Assembly: GCA_964022095.1 (NCBI GenBank)
Contig: CAXHZO010000016.1
Span: forward strand, 1 to 52,123
DNA: 52,123 nucleotides
Origin: an uncultured Arcobacteraceae bacterium
GTDB taxonomy: Bacteria > Campylobacterota > Campylobacteria > Campylobacterales > Arcobacteraceae
Direction: 5' to 3'
The notes under the pieces are model-generated. The model saw only the letters and a list, made by a program, of their open reading frames with translations. It ran no database searches and was not told the DNA's origin. Positions 19,750 through 29,115 of this stretch are shown here, piece by piece; position 1 is the first letter of the stretch; the number at the start of each line of letters is the position of its first letter. The translations under genes and the position numbers were made by a program.

Positions 19750-20366
19750 GATTTTAGCTCTATAACTTCATTTGGTAATTCATTTTCATCATTTTCCTGT
19801 ATAGGGAATTTTTCAATTAAAATTGTGCTACAAGATTGAATAGCTTTTAAATACCCTTTTGATAGATGTTTCTTCTTAACATCTTTAATGAATTCATCTA
19901 CGATTTTTTCCCAGTATGAATCATCGATTTTTTTTGATATTTCTTCATCGGCTATTATTTCAACATATTTTTCATCAGAACTTACAAAAAACATAATTCC
20001 TTGATTTGTTTTTGTTCTATTTAATCCAAGATTATAAAACTGTGTAGAAGCATTTTGTGAAGCTTTTTTGTGTTTATAACTTTTTGGAAGAAGTTTAAAT
20101 ATTACTTGATCAAACTTTTCAAAAAATAAAGAGATTCCAACAAATATTAAAAGTTGAAGTTGAAGAAGTTCAAAGGCATCTTTTTGTGTAAAAAAGATAA
20201 GAAAAAAAGAGACTAAAAATAGTATAAATATATTTATAAAAGAAGCAGCATATTTATAATTACTACTTCTTTTTGTAACAACAGCTACTAGTTCAGCAGA
20301 GCTTTTTTTCTCTACATTTTCAATCTCTTTTGAGATTAATTCTTTATCTTTTTTATTTAGTTTCAT
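19746..20366 (-). CDS. TPM-domain membrane protein
   Basis: E.KSSAELV, T....G..FFVS..E.YVEI.AD, NELPN. Confidence 0.85.
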   Translation of the reverse strand: MKLNKKDKELISKEIENVEKKSSAELVAVVTKRSSNYKYAASFINIFILFLVSFFLIFFTQKDAFELLQLQLLIFVGISLFFEKFDQVIFKLLPKSYKHKKASQNASTQFYNLGLNRTKTNQGIMFFVSSDEKYVEIIADEEISKKIDDSYWEKIVDEFIKDVKKKHLSKGYLKAIQSCSTILIEKFPIQENDENELPNEVIELKS

Positions 20367-20959
20367 TAGAATTGTACTTTTGGAGCCTCTTGTTCTGTTA
20401 CACTTGCTTTAAATGTTTCTTTAATTTGAGCACTTGGATGAACAATCGCTGCAACTAGTTTTCCAGGCATTGTTCTTAACTCTGTATTGTAATATTTAAC
20501 TGCTTGTATAAAATCTTTTCTTGCAACTGTGATTCTATTTTCAGTACCTTCTAATTGTGATTGTAAAGCCATGAAGTTTTCATTTGCTTTTAAATCAGGA
20601 TACTTTTCAACTACTAACATAAGTTTTGATAAAGCACCAGAAAGTCCAGCTTGAGCATTTGCAAATTGTTGCATCATTGCTGGATTATTTAAAGTATCTG
20701 CGTTTACATTTATTTGAGAAACTTTACTTCTAGCTTCTGTAACTTCTACAAAAGTACTTTTTTCATGCTCTGCATAACCTTTTACCGTTGCAACTAAATT
20801 TGGGATTAAATCAGCTCTTCTTTTGTACTGATTTTGAACTTGTGACCATTTTTCTTTTACGTTTTCATCTAACTTTGGAATATTATTGTAGTTAGTAATT
20901 ACTAGATATACCAGTGGTATGATTATTGCAAGTACAACAAAAAAAAGTATTTTTTTCAT
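20366..20959 (-). CDS. lemA: LemA-family protein
   Basis: QYKRRADLIPNLV, EKYPDLKA, LEGTENRI.VAR. Confidence 0.93.
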   Translation of the reverse strand: MKKILFFVVLAIIIPLVYLVITNYNNIPKLDENVKEKWSQVQNQYKRRADLIPNLVATVKGYAEHEKSTFVEVTEARSKVSQINVNADTLNNPAMMQQFANAQAGLSGALSKLMLVVEKYPDLKANENFMALQSQLEGTENRITVARKDFIQAVKYYNTELRTMPGKLVAAIVHPSAQIKETFKASVTEQEAPKVQF

Positions 20960-21181
20960 GAGTTACCTTTATTAAAATTAAAATATAGTATAAAAAATAT
21001 TATTAATATAATATAAATGGTTATCTAAAAAGTTATAATATTAAGGAGTATTGGAATATAATTTTTAATCTGTGGAAAAATAACACAGTGGAAAATTTAT
21101 ACAATAAATTTCGTAATATTATAGATAATTTAAACAGATATTGAATACTATTATCAAAAAGTCAAATTAAATGGAGATAAA

Positions 21182-22834
21182 ATGAATGCATCAGATTTAT
21201 TTGTAAAAGCATTAGAAAACGAAGGTGTTGAATATATATTTGGTATTCCAGGAGAAGAAAATCTAGATTTACTAGAAGCTCTTAGAAAATCAGAACAAAT
21301 TAAACTAATTTTAACAAGACATGAGCAAGGTGCAGGTTTTATGGCTGCAACTTATGGAAGATTAACTGGTAAGGTTGGAGTATGTATCTCAACTTTAGGA
21401 CCAGGTGCAACTAACTTTGCAACAGCAGCAGCTTATGCTCAACTTGGTGGTATGCCTATGCTTATGATTACAGGTCAAAAACCTATTAAGAAATCAAAAC
21501 AAGGTAGATTTCAAATTATTGATGTTGTTGGTATGATGAAACCAATGACAAAATACGCAAAAGTTGTAGTAAATGGAAATAACTCTCCAGCTATGATTAG
21601 AGATGCATTTAAAATTGCAACAACTGAAAGACCAGGTGCAGTTCACATTGAGTTCCCTGAAGATATTTCAGCAGAAGAGGGATGTGAAGATAATGTATAT
21701 CCAGTACAAACTTTTAAATACCCAAGAGCAACTAAAGACGCGGTTTTAGATGCAATTAAAATGATTGAAAAAGCTAAAAGACCATTATTATGTATTGGTG
21801 CAGGAGCTAATAGAAATAGAATTGGAAATGCATTAACTGATTTTGTAAATGAAACTGGAATTCCATTCTTCTCTACTCAAATGGGTAAAGGTGTAATTGA
21901 TGAAAATCATAAATTATGTTTAAGTACTGCTGCATTATCAAAAGATGACTTTATTCACTGCGCAATTGACAGAGCAGATTTAATTATCAATGTTGGTCAC
22001 GATGTTATTGAAAAGCCACCATTTTTTATGGAAAATGAAGAGGGAGCTACAAAAGTATTACATGTTAACTTCTTCCCATCAGAAGTTGATGATACTTATT
22101 TCCCTCAAATGGACTTAATTGGTGATATTGCTTCAAACATTGATCAAATGACAAATGCAATTTCTAAACAAGAGCATTGGGATTTTGATTACTATCTAAG
22201 AGTTGCAGAAGATGTTAAAACACACCTTTCTAAATACTTTGGAGATACAAGATTCCCAATTTTACCACAAAAAGCAGTTAGAACTATTAGAACTATTTTA
22301 GATGATGAAGATATCGTAACACTTGATAATGGTGTATATAAGATTTGGTTTGCAAGAAACTATAGATGTGCACAACCTAATACTTTATTATTAGATAATG
22401 CACTTGCAACTATGGGTGCAGGACTTCCTTCTGCGATGGCTGCAAAAATGGTAAATCCTGATAAAAAAGTTGTTGCTGTTTGTGGTGATGGTGGATTTAT
22501 GATGAATGACCAAGAGATGGAAACTGCAGTTAGATTAGGTTTAGACTTAACTGTAATTATCTTAAATGATAATGCATATGGAATGATCAAATGGAAACAA
22601 TCTGGTATGGGGTTTGATAACTTTGGGCTTGATTTAGGTAACCCAGATTTTGTTAAATTTGCAGAAGCTTTTGGAGCACATGGTTATAGACCAGAGTCTT
22701 GTGAAGAGTTTGAAGAAACTTTAGAGAAATGTGTAAATTCAAAAGGTGTACATTTAATTGATTTAGCAGTTGATTATTCTTTAAATCACGCAATTTTAAA
22801 TGACTTATTAGCTAAAAAACAATGTATGATATAA
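21182..22834 (+). CDS. ThDP-dependent acetolactate-synthase-like protein (candidate 2-oxoglutarate decarboxylase)
   Basis: FGIPGEEN, RHEQ, TLGPGATN, DNALATMG, GDGGF...NDNAYG; no ilvH/ilvN small subunit nearby. Confidence 0.85.
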   Translation: MNASDLFVKALENEGVEYIFGIPGEENLDLLEALRKSEQIKLILTRHEQGAGFMAATYGRLTGKVGVCISTLGPGATNFATAAAYAQLGGMPMLMITGQKPIKKSKQGRFQIIDVVGMMKPMTKYAKVVVNGNNSPAMIRDAFKIATTERPGAVHIEFPEDISAEEGCEDNVYPVQTFKYPRATKDAVLDAIKMIEKAKRPLLCIGAGANRNRIGNALTDFVNETGIPFFSTQMGKGVIDENHKLCLSTAALSKDDFIHCAIDRADLIINVGHDVIEKPPFFMENEEGATKVLHVNFFPSEVDDTYFPQMDLIGDIASNIDQMTNAISKQEHWDFDYYLRVAEDVKTHLSKYFGDTRFPILPQKAVRTIRTILDDEDIVTLDNGVYKIWFARNYRCAQPNTLLLDNALATMGAGLPSAMAAKMVNPDKKVVAVCGDGGFMMNDQEMETAVRLGLDLTVIILNDNAYGMIKWKQSGMGFDNFGLDLGNPDFVKFAEAFGAHGYRPESCEEFEETLEKCVNSKGVHLIDLAVDYSLNHAILNDLLAKKQCMI

Positions 22835-22853
22835 GAAAATAGGAGAAGAGTAG

Positions 22854-24245
22854 ATGAGTAAAATAGAAGTAACATCACCATATGATGGAAGCGTAGTTGG
22901 AACAGTACCATACGGATCAGTAACAGAAGTAGAAAATGCATTAGAGTTAGCAAGAAAAACTTTTGATGACCATAAAAATGCATTGCCAGCATATAAAAGA
23001 GTAGAGATTTTAGAGAATGTAGTAAAAATTATGTCTTCTCAAATTGATGAACTAACAAAACTTTGCGCAAGTGAAGGTGGAAAACCTTGGATTGATTCAC
23101 AAGTAGAAGTACATAGAGCGATCAATGGTGTAAAATTAGCAATTGAAGCTTTAGGAGCTAGAGAAGGTAAACAAATAGCTATGGGTCATACTGCATCAAG
23201 TGCAAATAGAATGGCTTATACTTTAAAAGAACCAATTGGTGTTGTTGCAGCAATTTCAGCTTTTAATCACCCCCTAAACTTAGCAATCCATCAAGTAATT
23301 CCTGCAATTGCTGTTGGTTGTTCTGTAATTATTAAACCAGCAACTCAAACTCCAATGAGTGCAATTAGAGTAGTAGAAATCTTAGAAGAAGCAGGTCTTC
23401 CAAAAGGTTGGGCTCAAGCTGTTGTTTGTGATAGAGAAGGTGGTGAATTATTAGCTACATCTGCTAAAGTAAATGCCTTAACTTTTATTGGTTCTGGTAA
23501 AGTTGGTTGGTACTTAAACTCTAAAGTAGCACCAGGTACAAGAGTAGCATTAGAACATGGTGGTGTTGCACCTGTAATTGTAGAAGCTGATGCAAATATT
23601 GATGAATTAATTCCTTCAATTGGTAAAGGTGGATTCTACCATGCTGGTCAAGTTTGTGTTTCTGTTCAAAGAGTATTTGTTCATGAATCAATAGTTGATG
23701 AGGTAGCAAGTAAACTTGCTGATTATGCTTCTAAATTAATAGTAGGTGATCAATTAGACCCTAAAACAGAAGTAGGACCACTAATTAACCATAATGAAAC
23801 AAATAGAGTTGAAGAATGGGTAAATGAAGCAGTAACTAAAGGTGGAAAAATCTTAACTGGTGGAAAAAGAATCACAGATTCAACTTTTGAGCCAACTGTT
23901 ATTTTAAACCCAGCAGATGATGCACTAGTTTCAACTAAAGAAGTTTTTGGACCAGTTGTTTGTATCTATTCTTATTCTGATATAGAAGAAGCATTTGATA
24001 GAGCAAATGCCCTAGAAGTATCATTCCAAGCAGCCGTATTTACAAAAGATTTAGATACAGCTTTAAAAGCAGTAAAAAGACTTAATGGAACAGCAGTAAT
24101 GGTAAATGATCATACAGCATTTAGAGTAGATTGGATGCCATTTGGTGGAGCAAAAGCTTCAGGACTTGGACTTGGAGGAATACATCATTCAATGGAAGAG
24201 TGTACTAATGAGAAATTGATGGTAATAAAATCATCAGTTTTATAA
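22854..24245 (+). CDS. Aldehyde dehydrogenase, copy 1 (candidate succinate-semialdehyde dehydrogenase)
   Basis: AFNHP, LEHGG, GQVCVSVQR (catalytic Cys), EVFGP, MPFGG. Confidence 0.9.
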   Translation: MSKIEVTSPYDGSVVGTVPYGSVTEVENALELARKTFDDHKNALPAYKRVEILENVVKIMSSQIDELTKLCASEGGKPWIDSQVEVHRAINGVKLAIEALGAREGKQIAMGHTASSANRMAYTLKEPIGVVAAISAFNHPLNLAIHQVIPAIAVGCSVIIKPATQTPMSAIRVVEILEEAGLPKGWAQAVVCDREGGELLATSAKVNALTFIGSGKVGWYLNSKVAPGTRVALEHGGVAPVIVEADANIDELIPSIGKGGFYHAGQVCVSVQRVFVHESIVDEVASKLADYASKLIVGDQLDPKTEVGPLINHNETNRVEEWVNEAVTKGGKILTGGKRITDSTFEPTVILNPADDALVSTKEVFGPVVCIYSYSDIEEAFDRANALEVSFQAAVFTKDLDTALKAVKRLNGTAVMVNDHTAFRVDWMPFGGAKASGLGLGGIHHSMEECTNEKLMVIKSSVL

Positions 24246-24271
24246 AATAAACTCAAAGATAGTATAACTAG

Positions 24272-24303
24272 AAGCTAAGGTTTTAAAAACCTTAGCTTTT
24301 TTT
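24272..24303. terminator. Intrinsic terminator after ALDH copy 1
   Basis: AAGCTAAGGTTTT-A-AAAACCTTAGCTT followed by a T tract. Confidence 0.8.
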
Positions 24304-24313
24304 ATTTCTATTT

Positions 24314-25048
24314 TTAACGGGAATCATGCATATATCCCATTCCATAGATATTCTTTATTATTAAACCAGGGGCTTTTTTTCGTAGGCGATATATAAGACT
24401 TTTTAGATGAGTAATATCAGGAGTTAAGTCATATTCATCGGCCCAAATGATATCTATAAGTTTATCAACAGTACAGATTTTTCCATTGTCATTTAGTATT
24501 GTTTCTACAAAACGAATTTCATTTTTTGTTAGTTCTATTGATTTATCGTTCTCTAGTAATTTCTTTTTCTTTTTATCCCAAATTAAAGACTCATTTATTC
24601 TTACAATGCTTTCATCATTATTTAAACGGTCGTGATAGATTAAATTACATAACTTAAATATATCTTCTAAAAAAGTAGAATAATCAATAGGTTTTGTGAA
24701 AAATTGGTGTATTCCTAAATTTACTAAAGGTAGTAAGTAGTTAAATTCATTTCGGGCAGATAAAATTATAACTAATTGGTCTTTTTTAATTTTATATATA
24801 GCATCAATTAACTCTACTCCATCAAAATTAGGCATTTTTATATCTGAAATAATTAAATCATAATATTTATCTGTATTTTCATAATGAGCATTATATTTAT
24901 TTAATGCATCTTGTCCATCAACAGCAGTAGTGACTTTTGGAAAAATATCTTGGAGTAGTTCAGAAAACTCTTTTCTAAAGTCTGTATCATCTTCAACAAA
25001 AAGTATGTGTAGATCTTTAGTATATTTTTTCAATAATCCGTAATCCAT
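24314..25048 (-). CDS. OmpR-family response regulator
   Basis: VEDD, SDIKMP..DG, KP; winged helix LTKNE...LKSLIYRLRKK...GMGY. Confidence 0.92.
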   Translation of the reverse strand: MDYGLLKKYTKDLHILFVEDDTDFRKEFSELLQDIFPKVTTAVDGQDALNKYNAHYENTDKYYDLIISDIKMPNFDGVELIDAIYKIKKDQLVIILSARNEFNYLLPLVNLGIHQFFTKPIDYSTFLEDIFKLCNLIYHDRLNNDESIVRINESLIWDKKKKKLLENDKSIELTKNEIRFVETILNDNGKICTVDKLIDIIWADEYDLTPDITHLKSLIYRLRKKAPGLIIKNIYGMGYMHDSR

Positions 25049-25173
25049 TAGAGTCCTTAAAACGAAAATATTAATTGTCTGTAGTCTTCTTTGAAGGGTT
25101 TTATTTGAATTATACTATCATTTTGTTTCTTATAAGTATGTATAAGATGATAGTTTATATACACAAGCAGTAA

Positions 25174-25205
25174 GTTATTATTTGACTACTATTTAGTGTT
25201 ATACT
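25174..25205 (+). promoter_or_regulatory. Regulator box plus extended -10 for the kinase operon
   Basis: GTTATTATTTGACTACT then TGtTATACT; same architecture at 28996-29027. Confidence 0.55.
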
Positions 25206-25230
25206 ACTTAGAAAAAACAAAAGAGAAATT

Positions 25231-26424
25231 ATGATGGATAAGAAAGTTTTAAAAGATATCACCGTTCTTTATGTTGAAGATGAAGCAATAATTCAAGAAG
25301 GAATAACAGAAACACTAAGTCTTTTTGAAATAAATGTAATCTGTGCACAAAATGGCCAAGAGGGATTAGAAACTTTTAAAAATTCACAAGAAGAAATAGA
25401 TTTAATTTTAACAGATATCAAAATGCCAAAACTAGATGGCATAGGAATGATAGAAAAAATTAGACAATTTAATAAAGATATCCCCGTAATTATTACAACT
25501 GCCCATCAAGAAACAAGTTTTCTAATGCAATCAATTGAGTTAAATATAAGTGCTTATGTATTAAAGCCAATTGATATTTATAAATTAGAAGAGTCATTAG
25601 TAAAAGCAATTGAATCAAAAGTATTAAGAGAAGAGTTAATACTAAAAAATGAGAAACTAGAAATAGAAATTGCTAAAAACGAAGAGAAACAAAAGATTAT
25701 GGAAACACAATCAAGATTCGCTGCAATGGGAGAAATGATTAGTATGATTGCTCATCAATGGAGACAGCCATTAGCTTCAATTGGAACTGCTTCTTTTAAT
25801 TTAAAGTATAAATTATTATCAGGAAAGTTTGATTTAAACACGAAAGAAGGAAGAGAACAGCAAGCAGAATTTTTTAGTAACAAATTAGATGAAATAGAGT
25901 TTTATGTTCAAAATCTCACAACTACAATAGATGATTTTAGAAATTTTTATAAAAGTGATAAAGTAATTGTTAATAAAACAATTGATATTCCATTACAAAA
26001 TAGTATAAAAATATTAAGAAAAGATTTTAAAACTAACAATATAGATATTGAACTAAAGTTAAATAGTAAAAATCAAATTAATATCTATGAAAATGAAATA
26101 ATGCATGTTTTAATCAATATATTAAAAAATGCTCAAGATAAGTTTTTAGATAAAAATACTAAAAATGCAAAAATACAAATAGAAACTCAAGATATAAAAA
26201 ATGCAGTTAAAATCGATATTTATGATAATGGTGGAGGAATAGAAAAAGATAATCTCGATGTAATCTTTGAACCATATTTTTCTACAAAAAAAGAGAAAAA
26301 TGGAACAGGAATTGGGCTTTATATGTCAAAAATTATAATTGAAAATAATCATCAAGGAAAAATATATGCTTCAAATATTAAAGAAGGTGTTTGTTTTTCT
26401 ATAATTTTAGATTGTATGTTATAA
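25231..26424 (+). CDS. Cytoplasmic hybrid receiver-histidine kinase
   Basis: N-terminal REC domain (VEDE, TDIKMP), H box IAHQWRQP, NILKNA, DNGGG, GTGIGL; no TM segment. Confidence 0.92.
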   Translation: MMDKKVLKDITVLYVEDEAIIQEGITETLSLFEINVICAQNGQEGLETFKNSQEEIDLILTDIKMPKLDGIGMIEKIRQFNKDIPVIITTAHQETSFLMQSIELNISAYVLKPIDIYKLEESLVKAIESKVLREELILKNEKLEIEIAKNEEKQKIMETQSRFAAMGEMISMIAHQWRQPLASIGTASFNLKYKLLSGKFDLNTKEGREQQAEFFSNKLDEIEFYVQNLTTTIDDFRNFYKSDKVIVNKTIDIPLQNSIKILRKDFKTNNIDIELKLNSKNQINIYENEIMHVLINILKNAQDKFLDKNTKNAKIQIETQDIKNAVKIDIYDNGGGIEKDNLDVIFEPYFSTKKEKNGTGIGLYMSKIIIENNHQGKIYASNIKEGVCFSIILDCML

Positions 26425-26451
26425 TCAAAAAAATTTATTAGGGAGTTTTAT

Positions 26452-28923
26452 TTGAAGTTTATTGTTTATCTTTTACTTTTTTTAAGTTGTTTATATTCTG
26501 ATACCACAGTATTAACACAAAAAGAAAAGCAGTGGATAAAAAATAATAGTATTAAAGTAGGAGTTACAGATTTATTCCCTTTAAGTTATTTAAATAAAGA
26601 TTACCAAAAAGACGGTTTTGCAATTGATATTTTAGATCTTATTATAAAAAAATTCCAAATTAAAACTAAAACAGTAGATATTAATCAAGGTAATATTGAG
26701 TTTGCATTTGAAAATGGTGAAATAGATTTAATACCTATTGTTAATAATTCAAAAACAAAAAGTGAATTTGGTGAATACTCTTCTGAAATACTAAAAATAA
26801 AAAGAGTTCTTTTTGTTAAAAAAGAGCAAAGTAATATTAATTCCTTTGAAGATTTAGCTAGCAAAAAAGTTGCAGTAACAAATGAAGAAGAAATAGTATT
26901 AAATTTAAAGAAAACTCACTCAAATATACAAACAATAGAGACTAAAGATATTGAGCATTCAGTTACTATGCTTTTAACTGATAAAGTTGATGCATTGATT
27001 GCTTCACCTATTATTATTCAAAAATTTTTAGAAGATAATTTGATTATTGATTTAAAAGCAGTTCCTTCAGTTACTTTTGAACCTTCAAACCTATATTTTA
27101 TGACTAACAAAAGTAAGCCAGAGCTTCAATCAATTATAGAAAAAGGCTTAAATTTAATTTCAATAAAAGAAGAAAAAGAGCTATTTGATAAATGGTTTTT
27201 AAAAGATCTTGCAGAATTACCTATAATTTTCACAAAAGAAGAGTCAAAATATTTACAAAAAAAATCAAAAATAAATCTATGTGTAGATCCTGATTGGATG
27301 CCATATGAAAAAGTAGAAGACCATAAACATGTAGGTATAGTAGCAGATTTTATGAAAGATTTTCAAAAGAAAATTGGCATACCTTTAGAACTTGTGGAAA
27401 CAAAAGATTGGACGCAGGCTTTAAAGTATGTTGAAAATAGAAATTGTGATGTTCTTTCTTTAGTGATGGATATGGAATCAAGACGTCATTATATGAACTT
27501 CACAAAACCTTATGTCACAGCACCTTTGGTACTAGTTACAAAAAGGAATGTTAGTTTTATTAGTGATTTAAAAGATTTAAAAAACAAAAAAATTGGTATT
27601 CAAAAAAACTTTGCTTCAAATGAAATTATCAGAACCAACTATCCAAACTTTGAAGTTGTAGATGTAGCTCATTTAAGAGATGGATTAAAAAAAGTAGAAA
27701 GGGGCGAACTTTTTGGGCAAGTTACAACTCATCTAAATGTAGCATATGCTTTCCAAGAAGAGTTTTATGGAAGCTTACAAATATCTGGTAAATTTGATGA
27801 ACAATGGCACTTGTCAGTTGGTGTTAGAAATGATGATTTACTTTTATTAAATATATTTGAGAAAATAGTTAATTCAATAAGTGATGAAACAAGACAAAGA
27901 ATTATTAATAAATGGGTTTCGGTTAAGTATGAAAAAAGTATCGATTACAAACTGTTTTGGAGTATTATTTCATTTTTAGTATTTGTTTTATTATCTATTT
28001 CTTACACATATATTCTTCAAAGAAGATATATTAACAAATTAACAAAAGTTAAAAAAGAAATAGAGATGTTAAATAGTACTTTAGAGAAGAAAGTACAATC
28101 AAGAACACAAGAGCTAGAGTTATCAAATACTAAATTAAAATTAAAAACTCAAGAGTTAGAACACTTGAATAATACATTAGATATAAGAATTAAAGAAGAG
28201 ATTAATAATAGAAAAAAACAAGAACAACTTTTAATCCAACAATCAAAACTTGCAGAAATGGGAGAGATGATTAGTATGATTGCTCACCAATGGAGACAGC
28301 CTCTTAGTGCTCTTAGTACAATTATTCAAAATATTCACCTACGACACTCTTTAGGAAAGTTAGATAAAGAGTATCTTGATAAACAAAGACTGTTAAGTAA
28401 TGCCTTAACAGAAAAGATGTCAATGACTATTGATGATTTTAGAAACTTTTTTAAACCAAATAAAGAAAAACAAGAATTCTCAATAAAAGATGCAATTCAA
28501 CAAACAATTTTTCTTATTGATGATAGCTTTAAAAGCAGTAGTATTAAAATTGAAAATCAAATTTCAGATGATGTTATATTAAATGGTTTTCAAAGTGAAC
28601 TATCTCAAGTTTTACTAAATATCATTACTAATTCTAAAGATGCTTTTTTAGAAAACAATATTGAAAATCCAAGGATTACTGTAAAAACAAAAAAAGTTCA
28701 AACGCATATAAAAATATTAGTTTGTGATAATGCTGGAGGAATTAATGAATCTATCATTAATAAAGTATTTGAACCTTACTTTACTACTAAAGACAGTTAC
28801 AATGGAACTGGACTTGGTTTATATATGAGTAAAATGATTATTGAACAAAATATGAATGGACAACTAAGTGTAAAAAATATTGACCAAGGAGTGCAGTTTA
28901 CAATCTATATCCCCATTAATTAA
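26452..28923 (+). CDS. Membrane sensor histidine kinase with two periplasmic solute-binding (family 3) domains
   Basis: TTG start, signal peptide, two PBP2-type repeats (LTQKEKQWI..., FTKEESKYL...DPDWMPYE), TM segment, coiled coil, IAHQWRQP, GTGLGL. Confidence 0.9.
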   Translation: MKFIVYLLLFLSCLYSDTTVLTQKEKQWIKNNSIKVGVTDLFPLSYLNKDYQKDGFAIDILDLIIKKFQIKTKTVDINQGNIEFAFENGEIDLIPIVNNSKTKSEFGEYSSEILKIKRVLFVKKEQSNINSFEDLASKKVAVTNEEEIVLNLKKTHSNIQTIETKDIEHSVTMLLTDKVDALIASPIIIQKFLEDNLIIDLKAVPSVTFEPSNLYFMTNKSKPELQSIIEKGLNLISIKEEKELFDKWFLKDLAELPIIFTKEESKYLQKKSKINLCVDPDWMPYEKVEDHKHVGIVADFMKDFQKKIGIPLELVETKDWTQALKYVENRNCDVLSLVMDMESRRHYMNFTKPYVTAPLVLVTKRNVSFISDLKDLKNKKIGIQKNFASNEIIRTNYPNFEVVDVAHLRDGLKKVERGELFGQVTTHLNVAYAFQEEFYGSLQISGKFDEQWHLSVGVRNDDLLLLNIFEKIVNSISDETRQRIINKWVSVKYEKSIDYKLFWSIISFLVFVLLSISYTYILQRRYINKLTKVKKEIEMLNSTLEKKVQSRTQELELSNTKLKLKTQELEHLNNTLDIRIKEEINNRKKQEQLLIQQSKLAEMGEMISMIAHQWRQPLSALSTIIQNIHLRHSLGKLDKEYLDKQRLLSNALTEKMSMTIDDFRNFFKPNKEKQEFSIKDAIQQTIFLIDDSFKSSSIKIENQISDDVILNGFQSELSQVLLNIITNSKDAFLENNIENPRITVKTKKVQTHIKILVCDNAGGINESIINKVFEPYFTTKDSYNGTGLGLYMSKMIIEQNMNGQLSVKNIDQGVQFTIYIPIN

Positions 28924-28995
28924 TATACCTATTTAAACACTCTTTTTTATCTTTATAATCTCATATATAAAAAACATATCAAATTAAAACTTACG

Positions 28996-29027
28996 GTTAC
29001 TTTCTGACTACTCTTTTCTGAGATAAT
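28996..29027 (+). promoter_or_regulatory. Regulator box plus extended -10 for the dctP-gabT operon
   Basis: GTTACTTTCTGACTACT then TGaGATAAT; 14/17 match to 25174-25190 with identical spacing. Confidence 0.55.
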
Positions 29028-29115
29028 TAAATTATCTAAAATATTCATGTATTACTTCTTCATGAAATCATTAGAGAAACTCTAATTGATGGTACATATA
29101 AATATCTTAGACAAT

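Noticed and set aside
18835-20959. lemA-TPM-TPM cluster as a novel system
   Set aside because: Widespread, well-known gene arrangement
25726-28301. Near-identical ~45-nt stretch in the two kinases (about 25726 and 28258)
   Set aside because: It encodes the conserved H box MGEMISMIAHQWRQP, rich in Met and Trp; protein constraint explains it
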